A stretch of DNA of 64,000 nt from Bdellovibrionota bacterium (GTDB taxonomy: Bacteria; Bdellovibrionota; UBA1018; CAIPTA01; JAALKR01). Below, piece after piece: positions 1 to 7,377 of this stretch. A model generated the notes under the pieces. The model made no database searches. It worked only from the letters and a program-made list of their open reading frames with translations, and had not been told where the DNA came from. How positions within the stretch are numbered: the stretch's first letter is position 1; each line of letters opens with the position of its first letter. Location of the stretch: contig CBDBMJ010000001.1 of the NCBI GenBank assembly GCA_965207455.1, forward strand, positions 322,514-386,513, given 5' to 3'. The position numbers and the translations under genes are program-made.

Positions 1-1
1 T

Positions 2-139
2 TTATTAAAAGATGTTAACGATATTTATCGTATTTGGGTTGAGCATAAAGCGCCATACGGTTCCTCTATTAAAGTAAAAGATTGTTTTTTTTCAGGTATA
101 GTTTTTGAAGACTATGATGTATCCACTGCCCAACAATAA
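2..139 (+). CDS. 3' fragment (C-terminal 45 aa) of a lipoprotein paralogous to the downstream 463-aa lipoprotein; the gene starts upstream of the window
   Basis: Frame-2 translation ...KDVNDIYRIWVEHKAPYGSSIKVKDCFFSGIVFEDYDVSTAQQ* aligns with the C-terminus of ORF 253..1644 (…SENIYRIWAQHEGIFDDDVTLKECFFTGVVFENTAPPSQLR*). Confidence 0.45.
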   Translation, partial: LLKDVNDIYRIWVEHKAPYGSSIKVKDCFFSGIVFEDYDVSTAQQ

Positions 140-175
140 TTAATTTATATTTAGTTTAAACTTTATAATTTTTTT

Positions 176-204
176 TTGTTATTTGAAAAAAATCTGTCTA
201 TAAT
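176..204 (+). promoter_or_regulatory. sigma-70-like promoter: TTGTTA-N17-TATAAT
   Basis: -35 TTGTTA at 176-181, 17-nt spacer, -10 TATAAT at 199-204, about 50 nt upstream of the lipoprotein ATG. A mini-ORF ATGAAAAAATATTAA (225-239) with its own AGGAG sits between the promoter and the main RBS AAGGAGGAG. Confidence 0.3.
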
Positions 205-252
205 TTCTAATAGGAGTTTTTGAGATGAAAAAATATTAAAAAGGAGGAGAAG

Positions 253-1644
253 ATGAATTATTTTAAATTGTTATTTGTATTAAGTTTCATATTTTTTGTT
301 GGGTGTGGCAGTGATTCTATAAAGAGCACTACTACTGATGATCATCCTGACACTGAAATCCCATTAATAGTGGGTTTGTTAACGGTATCGCCGGCATTTA
401 TCGATACGCCAAATTTCAACATTATATTGCTGGATCCTTTAGACGGTTCCATATTGACCTTACATAAGGCATCGGCTTGTAGTGATGCTCCTCTTGGCAC
501 AGCAACGGTTACTGATAATACAGCCTATGCGATAACTTCAAGTGCTTTAGATAGCCCGGGCAATTATAACTACTATGTGAAGTATACACCGTCAGATGGA
601 GGTAGAACTTTTTGTTCCTCAGGGATGCCCTACCAGCTAATTGGTGAACCTGTGTTAACCCTTACTTCTTCTTCCCCCTCTTTTAGTGGGACATCACCAG
701 AAATATCTATTGCCATAGAGAACAGTATAGCGGGTAGCCTAACATTACATCCGGATGCTACTTGTGGGGGTAGTAGTCTGGGAAGTGCTACTGTGGGTTC
801 TGGATCCGCACCACTAACCATAACAGCACCCATGGTTTCCATATCAGGTAATCATACCTATTCTGTTAAATATACATTAGATACAAATGCAGCACTCATC
901 TGTTCTGGAGAAGTAACCTATGTTCTTGCCACACCTGAAGTTAAGATAAAAACTCCTACCTACAAATCTGCAATAACGGGAGGAGATTTTCCTTCAGCAA
1001 ATGGAGTATATTCAGGCAGTAATGCAAATTTTATTGTTCAGATTGCTAGCGATTTACTTACCGAGGGCAGTACTGTTAACCTCTACAGCGATGCAACTTG
1101 TACCACTCTTCTGTTAGGAGGAACAACCCCAGCTACAAAAGAAGTGGATTTAACTATGAAGGAGACTACAGAAGGTAGCTATTCTTATTATGCAAAAGAA
1201 GTGGGTTCGAGTGGTGATTTATCTCTTTGTTCCAGTGCTGGATCGTATAATCTGATAGCGCCTGTTTTAGACCTCACAACAGATCAGTCTGCTTCAGCCA
1301 CGAGTATTGCGCTTACTATAACGGACTTTGCTAACATTCATGATGATGGCAGTTCGAACACGGATGCCAATAATCTTTTTCTTTATTTTTCGGAGAGTAA
1401 TGATCCATTCTCTCCCAAATGCTCGGACATCCGGTTTGATTTAGGTAGCGCCATAACAGGAAATGTTACTGGTATAAGTGTAGCGCTTCCTGCAGGTAAC
1501 CAGTTCGCACCAAAAGATAGCGAGAATATATACCGTATTTGGGCTCAACATGAAGGAATCTTTGATGACGACGTAACCTTAAAGGAATGTTTCTTTACGG
1601 GTGTTGTTTTTGAAAATACAGCTCCGCCATCGCAGTTACGGTAA
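253..1644 (+). CDS. secreted/lipoprotein with three internal ~100-aa Cys-containing repeats (Ig-like or adhesin-like)
   Basis: N-terminal signal peptide ending FFVGCGSD (lipobox-like Cys). Three repeats share the pattern L(H/Y)xDA(T/S)C…LG(T/S)ATV…(N/H)(Y/T)Y(S/Y)(V/Y)KY…CSSG. Strong RBS AAGGAGGAGAAG before the ATG. Its C-terminus is paralogous to the upstream gene fragment. Confidence 0.6.
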   Translation: MNYFKLLFVLSFIFFVGCGSDSIKSTTTDDHPDTEIPLIVGLLTVSPAFIDTPNFNIILLDPLDGSILTLHKASACSDAPLGTATVTDNTAYAITSSALDSPGNYNYYVKYTPSDGGRTFCSSGMPYQLIGEPVLTLTSSSPSFSGTSPEISIAIENSIAGSLTLHPDATCGGSSLGSATVGSGSAPLTITAPMVSISGNHTYSVKYTLDTNAALICSGEVTYVLATPEVKIKTPTYKSAITGGDFPSANGVYSGSNANFIVQIASDLLTEGSTVNLYSDATCTTLLLGGTTPATKEVDLTMKETTEGSYSYYAKEVGSSGDLSLCSSAGSYNLIAPVLDLTTDQSASATSIALTITDFANIHDDGSSNTDANNLFLYFSESNDPFSPKCSDIRFDLGSAITGNVTGISVALPAGNQFAPKDSENIYRIWAQHEGIFDDDVTLKECFFTGVVFENTAPPSQLR

Positions 1645-2757
1645 ATTGCTTTCGTGGAGAGCAAGCAGATCCACCAGGACTAGGGCAGCCATTGCTTCCA
1701 CAATGGGAACTGCTCTTGGTAGGGGAAATAGATCATGGCGTCCTTGTACGGAAATGATTGTTTCCTCTCCTGTTTGCATATTAGTACTGGCAATGGGTTG
1801 GGGAATGCTTGTGGGGGCATGAAAGTCGACGGAAAGCCATAGAGGGTTTCCCGTGGTCATGCCACCTAGGAGTCCACCGTGACGATTTCCATCTATTTTT
1901 AATAGCCCCGTTTTACTTTTTACAATGGGATCTCGAATCATGGATCCTGGTCGATAGCTCATCTTCTGACCTCCACCCAATTGCACTCCCACAGTGGCAG
2001 GTAAGGTCATCATGGCATGGGCAAGCAGTGCACTGGCTTTGTCGAAAATAGGTTCTCCCAGTCCTGGAGGAAGCCCTTGCACCCAACACTCCACAGCCCC
2101 GCCCAAGCTATTTTTTTCTTCCCTAGTTCTTATTAAAAGTTCTTCAAAGGGTTGAATATTGTCGATGGGAAGGCAGAGCTTGTTGTTTTTTCTATGGGCA
2201 TCGATTCGTGGCCATAGGTCTTGGGTAAGTTCTCGGGTTTCGTGGAAGGGAATTTCCTTACGGGGAACCTGCATTTCTCCAATGCGGGACACGAACGCTA
2301 GGATTTCAATATTTTTCCTGCTTAGAATTTTCTTTGCAATGGTAGCTCCAGCAACTCGAGCCACTGTTTCCCGGGCACTAAGCCTTCCACCGCCGCGAAA
2401 GTCCCGATGGGAATGTTTTTTTTGGGTGGTGAAGTCTCCATGACCGGGTCGGGGAGTATGTTCAAACTGAGTATAGTCTTGGCTATGGGTATTTTGATTT
2501 TTTATGACTAGGCTGATGGGAGTGCCCGTGGTTTTTCCTTGAAATACACCGCTTTGTATATGTACTTCGTCCGTTTCTTTTCTTGTCGTGCTGTATGCAT
2601 TTTGTCCTCCACGCCTGCGGTTCATGTCTTTCTGAAAATCTTCTTGGGTGAGAGGAATTCCGGAGGGACAACCGTCCACCACAACACCGTTAGCGGCACC
2701 ATGGCTTTCTCCCCAAGTGGTAATTCGAAAAATGCGACCAAAACTATTTCCCTTCAT
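1636..2757 (-). CDS. aroC: chorismate synthase
   Basis: 373 aa. N-terminus MKGNSFGRIFRITTWGESHGAANGVVVDGCPSGIPL… is a canonical AroC start, and the length is typical. RBS AGGGGGA. Divergent from the aro fusion gene. Confidence 0.9.
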   Translation of the reverse strand: MKGNSFGRIFRITTWGESHGAANGVVVDGCPSGIPLTQEDFQKDMNRRRGGQNAYSTTRKETDEVHIQSGVFQGKTTGTPISLVIKNQNTHSQDYTQFEHTPRPGHGDFTTQKKHSHRDFRGGGRLSARETVARVAGATIAKKILSRKNIEILAFVSRIGEMQVPRKEIPFHETRELTQDLWPRIDAHRKNNKLCLPIDNIQPFEELLIRTREEKNSLGGAVECWVQGLPPGLGEPIFDKASALLAHAMMTLPATVGVQLGGGQKMSYRPGSMIRDPIVKSKTGLLKIDGNRHGGLLGGMTTGNPLWLSVDFHAPTSIPQPIASTNMQTGEETIISVQGRHDLFPLPRAVPIVEAMAALVLVDLLALHESNLP

Positions 2758-2822
2758 ACGATCCCCCTATTTCCTTCTGCTTTTATATAGCATATACTAA
2801 GTGGTTAGGGGGAGGGTATGGA

Positions 2823-5393
2823 ATGAAGGTCTGCGTTACAGGGAAAGAGAGTTCCTCTGAGGCGATATACCATCGTTTAGCAGGGGTACTAGACTCCTGT
2901 GATCAATCCCTTTGTGAAATACGTTTGGACTACTGTGATTTTTCTCCACAGGAGGCTTTAGATTTTTTACAAGCCCTTCCTGAAAAGTGGTGTTCACGTC
3001 TTATAATTACTCAGCGACGGAAGTATGCGGGATCTGCTTCTGGGTGCACCTGGGACCACAAAACTTGGCAAGAGTGGTGGCAAGCCGCTCTTGTTTTGCA
3101 AAACTGGTATGTTGGAGATTTGGATTGGCAAAAGGGTAGGGACTGGGGTTTTCTTCCCCCTGATGCTAACGTATTATTTTCCTACCATGGTTCCATTGAG
3201 GCCTTGGATCGGGATCGTTCGACGCTTGTTCAAGAAGCAAAAAAATTTAATGCTGGTATTAAAATAGCGGCTCCTGTTCATAGTGCAGAGGATTTAGCTC
3301 GTCTTGCTAAAATAAGAGCTAAGATTCCTTCCTCGTTCCATCGTCCTGTGGTTGCAGTGGCCATGGGTATTGTTGGAAGGGCTTGGCGTTGGTCTCAGTC
3401 CTTAGCTGGCGACTGGTCTTATTTTTCTTTTACCCACGAGCTTCAGACAGATGCTGGGCAATCTTCTTGGCAAGAGCTTCGTCCCTTTCTTTCAAAAATA
3501 AAAACGAAGCCATCATGGCCTAAGCTCTATATCCTATGGTGCATGGACTGCAAAAATAAAAAAGGGGAAGAGTATTGGAATTCTTTTTTTCTATCCCATG
3601 GTCTTCATAGTCGTTATATTTCTATTCCTTGTGACGGGTCTAAGGCCACAGAGCACTGGAAAACGGCAGCGCTATTTTGGATGGAAAAGGCAGGTGTGCA
3701 TGGAGCGAGTGTCACTCGTCCTTTTAAGGAATTGATGGCCCAGGGGTCTGGCTTGCCTGCTGTGAACACGGTCACTTGGAGTTCCGACCGAAAATGGAAT
3801 TTTGCAGACACGGATGGACGTGCCGTGCTCGATCTTTTTCCAGACTCTCCCCGGGTTGGAATCATTGGTGGTGGAGGGGCAGGTAAGGCTGTTGCCCATG
3901 CTTGTGCTATGGAGAAAATTCCATATTTTATATGGCGTCGAGATGGGGGTGGTTTTTTAAAAAAACTTGAGTCTTCTCAGCAGTGGAATATATTTGTTTC
4001 CACTTGGCCGGGAGAAGAGCAACATATATTAGTTTCGCAGTTGGAGGCTAGGTTAAGCTCTCGAGAGAGAAACAACATTCAGTGTATTGTGGACGCTCAA
4101 TTTTATTTGTCGGAAAGTCCTCTTGCGCACTTTTGTAAAAAAAATAATATTACCTATCTATGGGGAGACAAGTGGTGGATGGGGCAAGCCCGGGGACAAG
4201 CACTCCACTGGTTTCCCCGTCGACACGTATTGACTGAACTTAAGGAATATATTCCCCGTTCGAAAAGTGAAACCATTCGTGCCCTTGCCATTGCCTCCCT
4301 TTTTCCAGGGAAATGGACTATCCAGGAGCCCTCAGTATGTGACGATGTTATTTATTTTCGTGAAGCCATGGAAGCTCTTGGTGTGCGCATAACGGAGTGC
4401 CACGGGCTTCAAGTACAATCTTCCGGTAATTTAGTGGCTCCCAAGACACCTATTTTTGTGGGAGAGTCGGCCACTGCTCTACGGTTTTTAATGGTTCTTG
4501 CTTGTGTGATGAAAGGGGAGAAGCTTATCGTCGATGCTGGACCGTCTTTGCGAACCCGTCCCTTAGGAGATTGGTCTTCGTCGAAGGTATGGCCGTTGGA
4601 GATTCCTGTTGGGGGTTTCCTCGAGGAGATTTCTGTGGCGCAAACCAGTCAATTTGCCTCTGCCGGTCTTATCGCTGCTGCGGGAAAGATGTATTCCTCT
4701 GGGGAAAGTCAATCCATTTGTGTAAAAGATAGCTGGCATTCCTTTCCCTATTTCTCATTGACGAGAAAAATGCTTAACGACATGGGAGTGGCAGTGGTGG
4801 GAGACAATCCATTTACCATTCCTGTTCAAAAAAATATTTCTCCAAAAAATATACCCATTTCCTTGGATGCCTCGGCCCTTTCTTATTATGAAATTTTCTA
4901 TCGCTATTACCACAAGAAATCTCTTTATACGGAATATGCAGTGAGTTCTCAGGGCGATGGGAAATTTCCTGTTTTTTTAGATGATTTAATCCAGTGTGAA
5001 AAGGAATGTCGCATTTCCTTAACTGATCATCCGGACTTAGCTCCCAGTCTATGGGCAGCCGCTATCTTATTCCAGAAAAAATTGACGGTTCACTCCACCC
5101 CACAGCTTTGCCATAAAGAGTGTGATCGTAGTGATGCTCTTGTGGTGGCAGCTAAAAAACTATCTCTTCCATCAGAAGTTATTGACGGTGGTTTTTATGT
5201 GGATGGTGGTGGAGGAAATAAAGCTCAAGCAATTACTTTGGACACCCGAGGAGATCATAGGTTAGCCATGGCCTTTGCGCTGGTACAAACCAAGTGGCTG
5301 AAGACTCGGATCAATAACCATCAATGTGTGGAAAAATCTTTTCCCCGTTTTTGGGAAGGGCTTTCTTTTATGAAGAAAACAATCGAATGCTAA
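2823..5393 (+). CDS. trifunctional shikimate-pathway fusion: type I 3-dehydroquinate dehydratase (AroD) - shikimate dehydrogenase (AroE) - EPSP synthase (AroA)
   Basis: 856 aa. N-terminal ~230 aa contain …EIRLDYC… and …PVVAVAMGIVGRAW… (type I DHQase-like). The middle part has VTRPFKE (compare NVTIPHK), AVNTV, NTDGRAVL and GIIGGGGAGKAV (an AroE Rossmann fold). The C-terminal ~430 aa show EPSPS-like …VCDDVIYFREAMEALGVRI… and …VGESATALRFLMVLAC…. RBS GGAGGG. Confidence 0.8.
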   Translation: MKVCVTGKESSSEAIYHRLAGVLDSCDQSLCEIRLDYCDFSPQEALDFLQALPEKWCSRLIITQRRKYAGSASGCTWDHKTWQEWWQAALVLQNWYVGDLDWQKGRDWGFLPPDANVLFSYHGSIEALDRDRSTLVQEAKKFNAGIKIAAPVHSAEDLARLAKIRAKIPSSFHRPVVAVAMGIVGRAWRWSQSLAGDWSYFSFTHELQTDAGQSSWQELRPFLSKIKTKPSWPKLYILWCMDCKNKKGEEYWNSFFLSHGLHSRYISIPCDGSKATEHWKTAALFWMEKAGVHGASVTRPFKELMAQGSGLPAVNTVTWSSDRKWNFADTDGRAVLDLFPDSPRVGIIGGGGAGKAVAHACAMEKIPYFIWRRDGGGFLKKLESSQQWNIFVSTWPGEEQHILVSQLEARLSSRERNNIQCIVDAQFYLSESPLAHFCKKNNITYLWGDKWWMGQARGQALHWFPRRHVLTELKEYIPRSKSETIRALAIASLFPGKWTIQEPSVCDDVIYFREAMEALGVRITECHGLQVQSSGNLVAPKTPIFVGESATALRFLMVLACVMKGEKLIVDAGPSLRTRPLGDWSSSKVWPLEIPVGGFLEEISVAQTSQFASAGLIAAAGKMYSSGESQSICVKDSWHSFPYFSLTRKMLNDMGVAVVGDNPFTIPVQKNISPKNIPISLDASALSYYEIFYRYYHKKSLYTEYAVSSQGDGKFPVFLDDLIQCEKECRISLTDHPDLAPSLWAAAILFQKKLTVHSTPQLCHKECDRSDALVVAAKKLSLPSEVIDGGFYVDGGGGNKAQAITLDTRGDHRLAMAFALVQTKWLKTRINNHQCVEKSFPRFWEGLSFMKKTIEC

Positions 5394-5899
5394 ACCTCTC
5401 CATTGTTTTAATAGGATTTCGATGTGTGGGTAAGACCACTGTAGGAATAGAATTGGCAAAAAAATTGAACCGGAATTTCATAGACAGCGACGCTTTGCTG
5501 GAGAAAAAATTAGGAATGCCGTTATGGAGATTTGCTCGAGAAAAAGGGCTTTCTGAGTTTCGACACCAAGAGGGAGCTTTAATACAAACACTCATGAAAA
5601 GAACCTCAAATAAAAATCATGTAATAGCACTGGGTGGCGGTTTTGTGGACTGGGCTCCTTCTTTTGATACTGTCTTTCAGTCGAAAAATTTTAGAATCCA
5701 TATAGAAATGAATCCCAATGATTTATGGAAGCGAATACAGGAAGAAGACAAACATTGGGTGAGTCCCCTTCCCACTAAGGAAATATTTACCATGCTGTTT
5801 ATGGAACGTCGGAGAAAATTCCAAGCGCTATCCCACAATGATATTTTATGCTTAGGAAAAAAACCCGTAGATATAGATAGTCTTCTTATAGATGATTGA
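5387..5899 (+). CDS. aroK: shikimate kinase
   Basis: MLNLSIVLIGFRCVGKTTVGIELAKKL is a P-loop typical of shikimate kinase. About 170 aa from the ATG at 5387, which overlaps the stop of the fusion gene. The ORF track's longer 5324 start is unlikely. Confidence 0.85.
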   Translation: MLNLSIVLIGFRCVGKTTVGIELAKKLNRNFIDSDALLEKKLGMPLWRFAREKGLSEFRHQEGALIQTLMKRTSNKNHVIALGGGFVDWAPSFDTVFQSKNFRIHIEMNPNDLWKRIQEEDKHWVSPLPTKEIFTMLFMERRRKFQALSHNDILCLGKKPVDIDSLLIDD

Positions 5900-6607
5900 T
5901 TAGGATTCTTTCCCACTGGGCTTTTTCCCAATGAAAATCCAAGATACACCCAAGTTAAGAGCAAAGGGAGTAAAAGCAATAAAACCCTCTTGGAAGAGCA
6001 TCTCTCGCACTGCTTTGGGTTCAGGGAACTCCTGTATGGATTTTGCTAAATATTTATAGGATGTTTTAGAGGACAGGAGTCCAGCAAGCGTAGGCATTGT
6101 TTTATTTAATAGGGCGCTATAGATGGTGCGAGATATCCCCGGGTGGGGAAGACCCAACTCTAAAATAGCAAGCACACCTCCTGGTTTTAACACTCGAAAG
6201 GTTTCTTGGAGAGCTTTTTCCCGTTTCTCCACATTCCGAAAGCCAAAGGCAATGGTGATGAGGTCCATGGATTGGCTGTCCTGCTCAATGTCCTCTGCCC
6301 GTCCTTCTATCCAGTCAATGCTAGCAGCAAACTTTTTTTTCTGTGCTTCCACTAGCATGGCTTGGTTGGGATCTGATGCCATTATCTTTGCTTGCGGCCA
6401 CCACTGATGGGCTAGGCGAGCGATATTGCCCGTTCCACAGGCAAGGTCTAGGACAGTAGTGGGCTTTTTACCTAGAGCCGATTCTGCGTTCTTGAGGAGG
6501 GTACGGCGCCACTTCAGATCCTGTCCCATGGTCATCATGGTATTTAAAAGTTCATACCTGGGGGCTACTTTTGTGAAAAGGTCGATGGGATTATTTTCCG
6601 TGTCCAT
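5900..6607 (-). CDS. ubiE: demethylmenaquinone/ubiquinone C-methyltransferase (UbiE/MenG family, SAM-dependent)
   Basis: 235 aa. FTKVAPRYELLNTMMTMGQDLKWRR plus LDLACGTGNIA (SAM-binding motif I) match the UbiE family signature. Convergent with aroK. Confidence 0.8.
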   Translation of the reverse strand: MDTENNPIDLFTKVAPRYELLNTMMTMGQDLKWRRTLLKNAESALGKKPTTVLDLACGTGNIARLAHQWWPQAKIMASDPNQAMLVEAQKKKFAASIDWIEGRAEDIEQDSQSMDLITIAFGFRNVEKREKALQETFRVLKPGGVLAILELGLPHPGISRTIYSALLNKTMPTLAGLLSSKTSYKYLAKSIQEFPEPKAVREMLFQEGFIAFTPFALNLGVSWIFIGKKPSGKES

Positions 6608-6676
6608 ATAAGTATAGAAATACCAAGGCTAGCAGAGGAAAGGAAGCAAAAGATGCCTTTTAGGAGAATTTCCACA

Positions 6677-7147
6677 CTACATGATGTTGCCAAGCACCTG
6701 AACTCGCAGTTTACAGGGCGTTAAAAAGCAATAATCTTGCCAAGGTTGGGCAAGCTTGATGGTTGGAATCTTTATTTTACCGTTGGGGAAAAAACTTAAT
6801 CCCACAGATTTACAGCCACGGGTAAAGTCTTGGTAATGGACGAGGTATCCATTGATCCAAATGGCTATCAGGTACACGTTATAGGGGAGTCCCACGATGT
6901 TGGGACCAGTGGGGTAGGCAAGCTCCAAGTTCATTTCTCCCTCTATGGCAGAAACACTCAACTGGGCTTCGGTGGAGAAGGATTCAAAAAAGTTTTTTGC
7001 TTTTAGGTTCATTGTAGCGGAGAGCTCACCTGTTTCGGGTAGTAGTTTTTCATGTCGAGACTGGGGCACCTGTTTTAGGCACTCCATGGCTGCATGGGTG
7101 TAGGTAGGGAGAAGCAGGAAAAATACGAAGAAAAATAATAATCTCAT
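6677..7147 (-). CDS. small secreted hypothetical protein
   Basis: 156 aa with a strongly hydrophobic signal peptide MRLLFFFVFFLLLPTYTHA, Cys-containing. No recognisable domain. Confidence 0.45.
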   Translation of the reverse strand: MRLLFFFVFFLLLPTYTHAAMECLKQVPQSRHEKLLPETGELSATMNLKAKNFFESFSTEAQLSVSAIEGEMNLELAYPTGPNIVGLPYNVYLIAIWINGYLVHYQDFTRGCKSVGLSFFPNGKIKIPTIKLAQPWQDYCFLTPCKLRVQVLGNIM

Positions 7148-7377
7148 GGTTATAAAAGGGTTCGGCGGCTGGGGGGCTTTTCTTTAGTATTATTTTGACG
7201 CTCAGCCCATTTTTTTAGGAAAATTCAATAAAAACAACAAGATTGAGGTTTTTTTCCTTATATGCGACTGCGTGATTCACTCAAAAAAATCAACAAAGAG
7301 CATTAATCTCTGGACTTTCTCACGTTTTAATGCTATGCTTCATTTTCGGTGGTAGAAATACAGAGTGGAGTGTAATA

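Noticed and set aside
1601-2790. Several 60-94-aa ORFs in both orientations overlapping aroC
   Set aside because: All are contained within the strongly supported aroC reading frame or its antisense, with no independent signals.
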